DNA of 59,313 nt, the filler included, from Squatina squatina (lineage: Eukaryota): the NCBI GenBank assembly GCA_031763465.1. It is 3 parts of 3 records of this genome, joined end to end, with 100 filler letters (N's around TTAATTAATTAA, not from the genome) between each part and the next. Parts side by side here need not be neighbours in the genome. Positions count along the whole stretch, not along the records: positions 1 to 23,994 come from JARFOE010000100.1; 2 more parts are not named here. The stretch is one strand, 5' to 3'. The notes beneath the pieces were generated by a model. The model ran no database searches. It was not told the DNA's origin and worked only from the letters and a program-made list of their open reading frames with translations. A program made the position numbers and the translations under genes. This document shows, one piece after another, positions 1 through 13,384 of the stretch (position 1 is the first letter of the stretch; every line of letters starts with the position of its first letter).

Positions 1-3000
1 TTTAAATAGAAGTTGTTGTTGGGTCTGGCTGTGATGCCTTCCAAAGACCAGTGATCTCCTGTCCCTTATTATCACACATAAATACTTGTGAGATGGGCAG
101 CAGCACCTTATAGAGCCATATCCAAGGAATGAAACCGAGACAATTTGTGTTAACGGACAGTGCAGACGTTATCGTTGCAGAGAACTGGCTTGGAGCAGTT
201 TGAGGAGAGCTTAATTAACATCAGTGGAGATATGGTCATTAACCCAAGGTGCTTCAGCAATCTTTTCTTTTCAGTCATGTATGTTAATTCAGCTCAATCA
301 CACTGTCAGGATCACTATCTCTTCAAGCTATATCCCCGATGGTGTGATCAACAGTCACCATTTAAATGAAAATATCTTTAAGAAGTTACACAAAATAACA
401 AAGACAACATTTTAGCGGAATTTTAAAAAGGTGCTGATGTTGTGACTCCCTATGTCCCAACTCTAAACTGCTGCTCAAGTCTCATTGGTAGGGGAGATCA
501 GGAGTTTGTGGGAGCCACTGGGCTCCTGTGATTCACGTGAGATGTCAGTGGAGAGAAAAGTGGAGCTCATTAGCTGTCATTGCATTTCCCGTTAATGACA
601 GATCAATGGCCAATTTTCAAACCGGGCAAATTGCTAGCTCAAAAATATTATTTATTATTATTAATAATGTACTGACTCCCTAGCACTTAGCCTGATTTCA
701 TATTCCCCATCCAGCTATCAGCATTAATGAAATATTANNNNNNNNNNNNNNNNNNNNNNNNNNNNNNNNNNNNNNNNNNNNNNNNNNNNNNNNNNNNNNN
801 NNNNNNNNNNNNNNNNNNNNNNNNNNNNNNNNNNNNNTGGTAGGAATAAGCTCGGTATTTAATGAGAGTACCATAAGCTAATTTTATTCATGTTTTATTT
901 GTTTTCATAAGGCAAAAAGTTAAGTCAAGCTCCTTGCCATTGGATGACATCATTTAGTTGTTGCGACATTGCAACTGTGGGCATATGGAAAACATTTCCA
1001 TAGTTACCAGCCCTCAGGAGGGTGACAGCCAGTTACTCAATACTCTGTGTATACATTATAATATATTTATGCTCCTATACAGCAGTGCACTAGTCTGGAC
1101 CTGCAACAAATGACACAAGAAATATCAGAATGAGTACAAAACTGGTCAAAAAGCAGAGGAAAAGAGAAACTACATCTGATGGAAATACAAAATGAAAACT
1201 GAAGGTGTTGGAAATGCTCCACAAGACAGTTAGCATTTGAAATAAAGGTTTACATTTGGAGCGAGACCCTTCTGACTAGACAAGGCTTTTTCTGTTGCTG
1301 GTTAAAAAAATAGCAAGAGGGGAAGAATAAACAACAGGCAGAGATTGTGTCCAAATATAATTGCTACTTCTTTAGTCAAAAATCAAGCTTTCTAATTACC
1401 AATATTTAATTGATATCTTGCACCCTTTCGGAATGGGGAATTTTTTGATTTAAAATGTTCCATTTGAGAAGTGGTAACACTGAAGCTTTTAAAAACAGAT
1501 GCTTCAGTTGCGAAGTATGTTCTCTTCTGACTCAAAGTATATAATTTCTGTCAGTCTGAATTAGTTTATTTTCTTTTTTAAAAAACTCAGAATTATTGCT
1601 TCGTGAAATGATAAAAAATCTGAAGGATAGATTGCTGCAAGCCAGGGGTGCTGCAAGTTTTTTGCAAGAGGGCCTTGCCCTTCTAGTATTTTGCTATGGA
1701 ACTGCCAAGTGGGTGTTGTCATAATTGGCTTCATTGATGGGTTTGGTTACATTAAACCAGAAATACTCAACAGTTGTTGACTTTACAAAATAAACCATTC
1801 AAATAAAGTGTACACAGGTTTATTTACATAGATGTTTCCAGTTATTAGTACTAGAGAGTCTCTTATGTTTGCAGAACACCNNNNNNNNNNNNNNNNNNNN
1901 NNNNNNNNNNNNNNNNNNNNNNNNNNATTTATTAAACAATATTTCACATGTGTTTGAAATAATGTCAAGTCCAGGACTCCTGTGGAATTGCCTTAGCTCT
2001 GGAACTGTTATGCTACTTCAGCGTTAATCATTTTTGGCAAAGGCCCACTTCCTGTAAGAAACTGAAACAGCTTTGGAATGTCATCTCCTCGAAAGAAAAC
2101 AGTGAGCATCCAAGAGGAAGCTCTCCTCCGCTCCAGAATCCCAGATACTAAAACATATGGATAGCTGGAATATGTCAAACATGAGTGAAAGAAAAGGACA
2201 CACTTTTCCCACATACAAATAAACATCAAATTCTGGCTTTTTTAATGGATTCCATGATCTTTAACACTTAATTTGCTTTTTATTTTTACTGTGTGTTAAA
2301 GCCATGATGCAGGGCAGTAGGAATGCAGCAACTGTAATATATTGTAACTAGGCTGTGAAAAGCAAGCAGCAGTTCTTATTCCTGGAATGTCCCCAGACTG
2401 TTACTCGGGTGGACTATTGGTCTTTGGTACATGGACGGTGTGTATACCATAGATGTGTCTCACATAACCAGCAGATTGCAGTTTACAAGGCTGCATTTAC
2501 GTTTCACTATGAAACAGAATACCTCATTGCTCCTGCAGGACTCTGTTCGAGTGCTTTCCTGTGTTTTGCTGGGCTCTCTGTTTCTCACTATCTCTGTGTG
2601 TGTTTAGATCAGTGCATAGCTCTCTAGGTGTGCTTCAGTATACATCTGTCTTTGTATCACTGTATTGGTCGTGTGGTCCTGTGCGCGACTGCCTGTCTTT
2701 GTATCACTCCCTATAAGTAATAACAGATAAAATTTCACCAACTTACGTGAAGTGTTAGATTAATACAAACAGTAATGTTCAGTGGACATTTAAGAGCATT
2801 GTCACTATGGTAACCATGAAAATCAACATGATTCCGATTGTCCAATTACTAATGTAAAATAAGTGTCCATTCAAACAATATGGGACTGCTTTTTCTTTCC
2901 GCCTTGCCCCTTCACCTGACCATAAGTCAGGTGTTCACCCTGACCTGTTCTGAACCTGACACATTCAGGTCATTTCCCTAGGCCCAACTCCCATCAGGAG

Positions 3001-6000
3001 TAGGCCCACCCCACCTTGGTCCTGTGTACAAGGGCTGATACCCCACTACTGCAAAAGCAGCAATTGCCACCAACAATTCAGTCCAAAAGCAGCAGCCAGA
3101 AGGCTGCCAGCCCTGATGTGTTCAACAGTATGGCCTTGCCTGTCCCCCACAACCCCTCTGAACTGCAAACCCAAAGACCTGCTTACTCTAAGCGCCCTTG
3201 CTAATGGGCACCTGCCCAACAATAGGGGAGAAAATGAGGCAGGAGGTGCAGCGATGTCACTCACATCAATTAAATCCAATTTGAATGCTTGCAGTTAACG
3301 GCATGCNNNNNNNNNNNNNNNNNNNNNNNNNNNNNNNNNNNNNNNNNNNNNNNNNNNNNNNNNNNNNNNNNNNNNNNNNNNNNNNNNNNNNNNNNNNNNN
3401 NNNNNNCCTGGATGAGTGGCATTGTGTATCATGTGACGACGTGCACTATGCCCTTTGGTGCTTAAGGATGTTTGCAAAAGGGTGTTATTGCCTTGTAATG
3501 TCACCTCGGTAGAACTTACTGGTTCATACTTTGCAGTTCAGGACAGGGTCTTCTCTCTGTGTATTATTCAAAATTTCCTTCACCAGCACAGACCTATATT
3601 TAAGGTTGGACAAAAAGCCATTTGGATGCTAGCAAATTTATATTTCTGCTTACCTGGCTGTTATAGCTACATTTTGGGGCAGCCGAGAAAATTTCACAGT
3701 TGTGTGGGACTTCAGGAGTTAAACGCACATTAAACAGAGGCTGCCAGGAATTTTAGCAAACTCACAAATAATTATCAATGAATTAGAATGGAAAACCAAC
3801 TTTGAAAAAGAAGCAGCATTTGTTCTTGTACCAAGAGCTTCTGTAAAATTGCCACTGGAGAGTGAAGAGTTTAATGCAATTCTATCTTTTTAAACAGGGT
3901 GCAGTTCGTTACAAAAAAAATAGCAGACCTTCTGGGAGTAGTATTAGGACAAGAACATAAATTAATTTCAATCTCGNNNNNNNNNNNNNNNNNNNNNNNN
4001 NNNNNNNNNNNNNNNNNNNNNNNNNNNNNNNNNNNNNNNNNNNNNNNNNNNNNNNNNNNNNNNNNNNNNNNNNNNNNNNNNNNNNNNNNNNNNNNNNNNN
4101 NNNNNNNNNNNNNNNNNNNNNNNNNNNNNNNNNNNNNNNNNNNNNNNNNNNNNNNNNNNNNNNNNNNNNNNNNNNNNNNNNNNNNNNNNNNNNNNNNNNN
4201 NNNNNNNNNNNNNNNNNNNNNNNNNNNNNNNNNNNNNNNNNNNNNNNNNNNNNNNNNNNNNNNNNNNNNNNNNNNNNNNNNNNNNNNNNNNNNNNNNNNN
4301 NNNNNNNNNNNNNNNNNNNNNNNNNNNNNNNNNNNNNNNNNNNNNNNNNNNNNNNNNNNNNNNNNNNNNNNNNNNNNNNNNNNNNNNNNNNNNNNNNNNN
4401 NNNNNNNNNNNNNNNNNNNNNNNNNNNNNNNNNNNNNNNNNNNNNNNNNNNNNNNNNNNNNNNNNNNNNNNNNNNNNNNNNNNNNNNNNNNNNNNNNNNN
4501 NNNNNNNNNNNNNNNNNNNNNNNNNNNNNNNNNNNNNNNNNNNNNNNNNNNNNNNNNNNNNNNNNNNNNNNNNNNNNNNNNNNNNNNNNNNNNNNNNNNN
4601 NNNNNNNNNNNNNNNNNNNNNNNNNNNNNNNNNNNNNNNNNNNNNNNNNNNNNNNNNNNNNNNNNNNNNNNNNNNNNNNNNNNNNNNNNNNNNNNNNNNN
4701 NNNNNNNNNNNNNNNNNNNNNNNNNNNNNNNNNNNNNNNNNNNNNNNNNNNNNNNNNNNNNNNNNNNNNNNNNNNNNNNNNNNNNNNNNNNNNNNNNNNN
4801 NNNNNNNNNNNNNNNNNNNNNNNNNNNNNNNNNNNNNNNNNNNNNNNNNNNNNNNNNNNNNNNNNNNNNNNNNNNNNNNNNNNNNNNNNTTCTAGCCTGC
4901 ACATCCACTGGTGCATTTAACTGTGCAGCAACAGTACCAGATGAATGATCATGAGTATGCTGCCTTTATGCGAACAGTTTTTGCAGGTCAGTGCCATTTA
5001 CCACTAGGACAGTTTGTAGCGCCCATACACAGATGGAACTGCTAACTGCAAGAGTCTGAAAAGGAGGGGGGTGGGGTGAGGTGGCTAGGGGGCTGTGGGT
5101 GCAGAGTGAGGTCAAATTATCTCCGAGAAAGGGACAGAGCACATTCCCTGATCCTGAAAGCTATCATCAGTTCAAACTGCTCAACTGCAAAGGTTGAACA
5201 GTCTATCCAGAGCATATTGCAAAATGGCGGTTCCCATTCTGAATTGCTGAGGCTATGCTAATGAAAGTCATTCTAACAGATAAGAGTCAAAGAAATCTTG
5301 TGCATGAAGATATCAAATCTTTCTTTTATATATAAATCCTGTGAACACAATTCAAAACGCAGAAAGATGAGAATATCTTTTAAACAGTTGGCATAGCGAA
5401 TGGAAATAAAATCATCAAAATGCAATAGTTCACAGTCAAATCCAGTTATTTGTCCAGTTTTTGCCAGAATGCACATTATCCATTGAACAATGTAACCTGC
5501 CTCGCATCTGGAATGCATTTTCGGATGTAAGCCCCATGGGTCATTTTTGAGAAAAGCTTATGCACTGTTTGCAAAGTGGGCACAGACTCTACATGCCGCT
5601 CTGTTTACATGGTCACAGATCAGCACTCAAACCTTAACAAAAATGGGTAGAAGTGAAACTGTTTCTTCATATTTGTTACAAATGAGCACAATTGTCTACC
5701 ATCTGTTCCTCACAAAGATCCATCTTCACACTGCTCATTGGGAGTTCTCCCCAATGAAGATCTTGGCAGAGCCTGTCAGTCACTTCATTTCAAAAGTTAT
5801 TTTTTGGCCTGAATAGATTTTAATTATTTTTCCCAGGCACACTACATATACCTGTTTCTAAATGCCCAATAATTAGTATTTATGTCAATCAGTCATTGGA
5901 CAATTGCATGCGGTAGCCTCTGTTTTACACTACTCTAAACACTAAGAGCAACAACGTGGTTAACAAAAGATCAACGCTCTTGCCAGTGTTCACAGTCTGC

Positions 6001-6384
6001 AGGTCAGAACTGTTAATCAGCTGAGTAGGGAAAATACAATCTAATAACTTGAATAATGCAGAAAACATTTGTTTAAGCAAAAAGTAAGATCCTGTTCGGG
6101 GTATTAGAGCAATCGTCCAGCATTTGTACGAGACATTTTAATAAAATTTCAAATACCTGACCAGAACACTTTGAAAGAAATGTGCCACTAGGGATGACTA
6201 AAAGAATTGGATTTAGTTTGTTGATTTACTCCTCCCGCACCCCCACCCATAATTTTGGAAGTTGTTTGTTACGTAAACAGGAAGGCAGCCAGTCAACCTG
6301 TTTCCAGGCCTTTCCTGATGCTGCCTGTTAACCCAGTTCCAGGAGATAGACAAAGAGCATCATAAAAAATAAAACAATGAGAAG

Positions 6385-6474
6385 AGAGCCTTGGAGTTTA
6401 GAAGAATGAGAGGTGATCTCCTTGAAACAGGTAAGATTTTGATGGGGCTTGACAGGGTAAATGCTGAGAGGATG
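6385..6474 (+). mobile_element. CR1 (HER1-like) LINE ORF2 3' fragment
   Basis: LEFRRMRGDLLETGKILMGLDRVNAERM, the CR1 C-terminal motif; runs into a gap. Confidence 0.85.
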
Positions 6475-9400
6475 NNNNNNNNNNNNNNNNNNNNNNNNNN
6501 NNNNNNNNNNNNNNNNNNNNNNNNNNNNNNNNNNNNNNNNNNNNNNNNNNNNNNNNNNNNNNNNNNNNNNNNNNAAGATTTTAACCCTTCCATGACTGGC
6601 CATTCTGAGACAGATCTCAGAGGATTTATACAGAAAAGGATTCTCAAATTGATACAATTCACCATCTTCTCAGGCACCAATTCCATAATTGAGTTGAGGA
6701 TGTAATGCTGCCATTATTTAACAAAAGTCATACACTTCGTGTTGTAACATGTCATACCCCTGTCTGCTATCCTGCAACACTGTTATACTAAATGCACCAA
6801 CCTGCTAATAATTTCATTTTCTGGTTGAATATTTCCAAATTAAATTAATCAAATGAATGTGTTAAGTGCACAGATTGCTCTTAACACCTCAGCCTGTACT
6901 TCTTTGAAGGGCATTTTTGATGATCTGGTTATAAAACGTGGTGACAGATGTGACAGTCTGTTAGGAACATGCAGATCATCCGATGACTATTCACAGCCCT
7001 TAAAGGTTATTGACTTTTTAAGAAATCTTTACAGATCTGAAAGCAGTGATATGGTAATGCCAGATGCCAAACTGTTAAAACAATTTGCAAGCAATGATTT
7101 TGCAACAACCATTTATTAATGCTCAACGTGGCACTTCATAAAACTTTTCTGATCCATGTAAAGCCTACTTTGAAATCTGTAGCACAAAGATGATTTAATC
7201 TATAATTAGTGGCAAATTAAAATGTTGTCACTTAATAACTTGGCAGAATTTTGAAACAAATGATCAAAGCAGATTTGAAATGTGCTGTCTTTATTAAAAA
7301 CCAATAGACACTAAAAGCTGAACTCTCCCAGGTTATTTTTCTGTTGCTCAAGTCACTCTTTAAAAAGTTGTTTAATCTCCTAATTTCCAAAATACAATAT
7401 CATAAGAAAGAATGCAAAACTGGATTTTTCTTGAATATTCTTCCAAAGAGAAATTCTTGCACAATCTCCCAAATTGGATCTGCCTAGCCGTGTCCCATTG
7501 TCCATTTGAGAGGGCAGACAGGTAATCTATTGTCCTGCTCGTAACCAAGTCTGCTTGTGAGTGGGCCTCAAAGAGTTGTGTGAAAAAGCTTGTGATGACT
7601 CACCTCCAAATGGTTCTCCCTTCCGAGTCCAAAGATTGGAGGTTCATGTCCCATTCCAGAGACTTGAGAACAAAAATCTAGGCTGACNNNNNNNNNNNNN
7701 NNNNNNNNNNNNNNNNNNNNNNNNNNNNNNNNNNNNNNNNNNNNNNNNNNNNNNNNNNNNNNNNNNNNNNNNNNNNNNNNNNNNNNNTGTGAATCATACC
7801 CTAAAGCAAAGGAGTAACATGTGCAGTCAGGGGAAAACCTAAACGGCAGTAAATCCTGGCTTTGCCAACAATGCCCACATCACGGAACAAAATTAAAATA
7901 ATACTTTAAAACTACATTTATAATGAGACAAAATCATAATTTACTTAAATTTGTCATGGTTCTTTTACTTTATCACAAAATATCTCAACTTTGATTATTT
8001 TTTTCCCTCTTAAAACAGTAGGGAACTATTCATTTTTTTTCTTTTAGAAAGTGTTAATTTAGTTCAAAACTGTGGCTCATCAAAATTTATCACAAATGTT
8101 AGAGCTCAAATGCTGGTGCATCCGATCCAAGCCAGCAAAGCTGCAATCTCTACCTCATTAAAGGAAAGGGGTTTTAACGTGTACATTAGATAAGGGTAAA
8201 ATTACATGACGCTCAGTTTCTGCTCACTGAATAACAGAGTTGTCTCAGCATTGTATTCACTTATCGGGAACTCCAAGTAAAATATTCCTAAAGTTTATTT
8301 GGTTGTTTTACTTTTTGTCCAGCATGAATGTAATTGAATATTTTTTTTTCAAACCTTGCATTGTCTGAATCAACAATAACATTTGTACAATTTATATAGC
8401 AGATAATTGTGCGTGATTTGGCTATAAACCTGATAACATGAACAAAACAAACAATACAAAATGGCACTGACTGCACAGGGACTTACAACTCGCCTGCTAC
8501 AGTTAACAGAACTGCATACAATGAGTGTCAATAGTTTTGAAATTTCCACGTCTAATCATTCAATAAAAGTATACACTTGCCAAGTATTCACTTAAGTGAA
8601 GTGAGCTGTACTAAAATTGCAAGCTTGTGAACAGCATTCTTCAAGTCTACAATATTTATTTATATTTTACAGTAAAGGATTCTGCAAATAAATTTAGAAT
8701 CCCAGCTAGGAAACAGAAAGCAGAGGAGTTTTGTATTCAAAGATAACCACTTTCTAGCTGAAAAAATATGACATATTGAGTTTAAATATTTCCAGTTGTG
8801 GTCATTTTTGCCTGAGAGCATTGTCAGAACTGAGAAATAAAACTTTTTTTTTCTGGGGGAAAAAAACAAGCAAAAAATTCCCATGTGAAAGCCATGCTAT
8901 TTCTGTGACATGTACACACTGTATTTGTGCATGGAGTGAACTCATGTTTCTGGAAGCGTTTTAGACAACGTAGCCTATTCATTCAAACTATGCACAGCAC
9001 AAGAGCTTTTCAAAACCGGATAAAATCATTTCCAAATCACAGACAAACTGTCGATTATGTCCATGTCTACTTTTTAAGGTAGATTTTTATCCTCGCTTAA
9101 GGTCGACCCCTTATCATGGGTTCAGCTCGTCGGTGCTGTTTTGGGAGGCTATTATGGACGTGGGTTTTAAACAAGGGAGAAATGGAAGAGAATGGAATTC
9201 TTTCTGTAAGGCTGCGGTGAAACACTTCTGGATTGTTTCCCAGCTGAACAGTAGAGTTGCAATACTTGAAGATTACTGTATTGTGATTTACCACTTATCT
9301 GGTGACTTCATAGGAATTTTATTATTTGCATTAAATGCATGGTTTAGATGTGTGGTTTCTGATATACTCTGGCTTAACATACTCTTGAAAATTTCAAAGC

Positions 9401-10989
9401 TGAAAGCAATTATATAGAACATATATACTGGTGCTTAACATGATGTACAAGTAAAGCAATTCTTGAGATTTTCTCTTTTTTTATGGTACATTAGTATATA
9501 TCAACTGTTCTGGGTAAAGCTTTGTTAATTAAGTGGATAAGCTGTTTGCCAGAAAATTGTACTTGCTGATCTAGCATTAACAGTGAATTAGTGTGAATTA
9601 TGTTATGTATGTGCTATAAAAGTCAGTGGGTTATTTCTGGTCTGTTTTTAACCCAGAGGTAATACTGGTGATATCACTCGACCTCTGATCAAATCGATCA
9701 CCAGCAATTACTGAGCAATGTATTTATTTCATTATTAGGTGGTGCAAATATAATAACAACTGACTTCAGAAAGGATAAATGCAGAAAGCAATCCAATTTG
9801 TGATGTCAAGAGCATCAGGATCCTGCCGACTAAATGGTTTGATACTTAATTACTGTTTTTTTAATAACAGTTTCCCATTTAGTACACACCTTCTGATCGA
9901 TAATCACATTGAAATCTGATTACCATTTCGCCAATGGGGGGGTTTCATCGATTTATTGTGTGCAAACGTTTCACATGTTTTATACCCTATATTTTTCTAC
10001 AATGGAGTCCACCCAGTATTTGCAAGGACAGGTACTTAACTTGCATTGATTACTTTGAATTTCCCCCATACTGGTACCTGACTTAACTTAATAGCTTGAT
10101 ATGAAAAACAAATGTTACATTACTGGAAGTGCTCTCGTCCATACAATTTTATTATAAGCAACAATGGATCTGGAACCTAGCCCCTTAGACTACCCCTGAC
10201 TGANNNNNNNNNNNNNNNNNNNNNNNNNNNNNNNNNNNNNNNNNNNNNNNNNNNNNNNNNNNNNNNNNNNNNNNNNNNNNNNNNNNNNNNNNNNNNNNNN
10301 NNNGTGACATTTGTGACTTGAAAGACTACGGTTTCTTTATATGTATGGACTTTGCAAATAATGTGAAGATTCCTTCCTTCCTTCATTGAGACAAAAGGTA
10401 TCTTTCATGTAAAGCCTGACTTAACTGGTTCTGGAGAAACGAAGTGCTTACCGTAGACATAAAATGTTGCCATTATAATGTAGAAAGTGAATGGCAGACT
10501 TTGTCTTCTGCCGCATAATATAACGTTCCAGGACATTCTGACTGGGCAGTCCTTGGGATTCTCCCAGAGTTTCTACCCAAAGCTGTTTCATTTGGACAAA
10601 GAAATTATCTCATCGTTTTATGTGCCACCGGTCCAATTAGAAGTGATACATTGTTTTAAATGTAGGTACTGTGCAGACCGAAGTTACTATGAAGCAATTT
10701 CAGAAGTCTCTAATTACTGTAAATCTAGGAGAATAACATACATCTCTTCTCTAACTCCCCCGCCACCGTCTTCAACTGAAATGCTAAATGTGATGGTGCG
10801 CATTAGACACATTTTTAAATGAAAATCATTTGCAGGACACTTAGTTATAGTGATTATAGTACTAACAATCGATCCCAAGGCAAGATGTGAAATGTAATTG
10901 AATAATTCTGGCAACTTGTAACCAGAAAAAATAACCAGAGAAGCTGTGTTCTATTTTAATACCCAACTGATTCCCTACACATGTAGTTG

Positions 10990-11280
10990 GCTCCCCCAGG
11001 TTCCTCTCACCCTAATTCTGAACCTGCATCTCTCTCTAGTTTCTCTCCCATCTTCTCTATGCTCACCTTGTTCATGATAACCACATCCTGCTCTCTTGAT
11101 CCCATTCCCACGAAACGAAGGACTGCTGAATTTCCCATTCTAATACACATGCTTGCTGACATTGTAAATGGTTTCCTTTCCTCCGTTACTATTCCCTCCG
11201 TTTCAAATCACCATCCTCAAAAAACCCACTCTTGACCTCTCTGTCCTTGCAAGCTACTACATCTCCAATCTGCCTTTAAG
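10990..11280 (+). mobile_element. Decayed L2-clade LINE ORF2 fragment
   Basis: TSCSLDPIPTK...LADIVNG.LSS and LKKPTLDLSVLASY.ISNLP are the L2 pre-RT motifs (LDPIP..L; KKP.LDP..L.NYRPISNLP), frameshifted. Confidence 0.8.
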
Positions 11281-13365
11281 ACTTTTTAAAATCCATCTAT
11301 CCCTCCTAATATTTCCTTTGGTTCAGCTTCCATTTTGTTTTTTTGATCACACCTCTGTGAAGAGCCTTGGGATTTTTTTTTTAAGTTAAGTATCTGGGAT
11401 TCATCTGGACATAATTACTTAACATTCATGATACTTGGCCCTAGATTACTATTCCTTTAACTGGGATTAACTCCTTCAAATCTCCTGTGAGTTCAGTGTT
11501 TTCCTATTTGTTTATTCCATTTTTGTTCCAAAAAGAGAATTTAGAAAGGAGCAGCACTAACAGAATATTAATTTCAGCATATATTCAAATCATAAATATT
11601 GGGTTATTGCTCTGGTATGAAACCATAAATACAATCGCCATAGCCAAAGGTACTAGTTGTATATAAAATGAAACCTAGAAGATCAGAACCATTGTTGAAA
11701 AGGTAGGTATCTTATTTGGTTTAAAGTACTTATTTTATTCTACTTAAAATGCATTGCTTGTTCTAGAGCCTTCCCTTGTCATCTGTAGAGTATAGCAATG
11801 ATTTACTTATGCAAAATATAATTCAGTATTAGAAAAACTGCCTCGTGGTCATTAACGCTGTATGACAAAGTACAAACGTAATTAATGTACATGTTTAAAT
11901 AGTATAGGAAAGTTATTCTAGTTATTAAAAGAGTTACAGTTACAGCAAGCTACTACTGTTGCTNNNNNNNNNNNNNNNNNNNNNNNNNNNNNNNNNNNNN
12001 NNNNNNNNNNNNNNNNNNNNNNNNNNNNNNNCGAGTCTTTAAGAGGGTCTCGTTTTCTGGGTATTTGCGCAAGGAATTAAACATTACCTTCTGGCATCCA
12101 ACACTGAAATAGGCTTTAGTTTGTGCAGAAAATCTGCAAAATCTTACTCCTTTCCAGCATGCAGTGTTTGCAAGCAATTAATCAAAAAATGAGATTACAC
12201 ACATGATACAGTGACATAAATGACGAATGATGCAATAATCTCATGTAATTTTGGTGCAGTTTACACAAATTTGCATATTATTACTTCTTTTCAGCACAAC
12301 TTAAAACATGAGAGGGCAGGGAAAGGCTTTTAAAAATCCTTGTAGCTGTTTTCTCAGAGCCAGTTATCATTCCATTTAATAAAAATTGTGTAATTATTTG
12401 ATTTTAGGGCAATGATGGTTCCTACCTTATGAAAATACAAGCAATTCATGCCATATAATTGGTGTCATTTTTCAAGGAACTGGCAAGGTAGCTGTATCTT
12501 TAGCAAGATCCTTTGAAAAGGGTAATAATTCAGGAAACCAAGTTCACTTTTTTTTCCCTTAAAAGTTTTTACACTGCACTTTGTACATGGAAATATTGAT
12601 GTAAAGTTTGTGAAATAGTTAGGAAAATCTGATTAGCTTCACAGTTTCCAAAGGAACTTGTCTGCAGGACACTGGCTACCCAACCTATGATGTGGGAGTT
12701 TAATTTGTATTTGTGCCCTGTGGACTTGATGCCTGTGGATTTGACATGCTTCCATTCTCACTCTGTTCTTTGGTAACCCCATCTCTGCAGCTAATGAGGC
12801 ATTGGTGTCTCAGACTGAGAAACAGAGAGCCAACAGATTGGCACACCGTACTCATCTGGTTTGTGCACTTTGAGTAATTACTACATTAGCCATCTCCTGT
12901 GCTGACACTTGTAGGGAACACTGTGGGCTGTTGCTGTGGGACACAGAATCCAGACGGAGACAATTGCAGAGGTCACTGAGGCAAATCTGTTTGCCTGCAA
13001 ATAAAGTGCAATGTCATTCGCTAAATGTCTGATTTTATTCTCATGTAGAGGTTCGGCCCCTAAGATCAATTAAATTATCTCAAACAGCTTCAGTAGCCTT
13101 GTCAGGAGCCATTAAAAGTAAAGATAGATCACCAATCGCACCACATATTCACTCATGAGTGGAACCAGCCGAGTGTATGTTCTGCCTCCCCCATACAGCT
13201 AGTTATCCATCTATCTATTTAAAGTATGGAGTTTGTTTCCTCTTCCAGATGTGCAATTGACCTGTTCTGTCCATATTATCTTCCAGCCATCTCGTGGGGG
13301 GTTTGTGCTCACTGAAGTAATCTTTTTTCTCATAATGATGGCCTCTTTCACTTTGCCTCTGCTGA

Positions 13366-13384
13366 TTATATATATATATATATA
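13366..13384. repeat. (TA)n microsatellite
   Basis: Visible TATATA run. Confidence 0.85.

Noticed and set aside
1180-1281. Decayed Penelope terminal region where a minimal hammerhead ribozyme would be expected (minus strand)
   Set aside because: The catalytic core CTGANGA...GAAA is not intact (reads ctagtcagaagggtctcgctccaaatg). No intact hammerhead was seen at the other PLE fragments either.
2646-2708. 16-bp direct repeat ctgtctttgtatcact, 47 bp apart
   Set aside because: Part of a low-complexity TG/CT-rich tract with only two copies.
3871-4948. Long ORFs here and at about 16764, 19625, 21052, 22657, 31230 and 37712
   Set aside because: They are read-through of N gaps (X runs), not coding sequence.
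9739-9960. ag|GT GGT GCA AAT (CGAN-like) and ITLKSDYHFANGG resembling CUB fragments
   Set aside because: No SPxYP motif, in-frame stops nearby, and no consistent splice donor or frame; likely chance.
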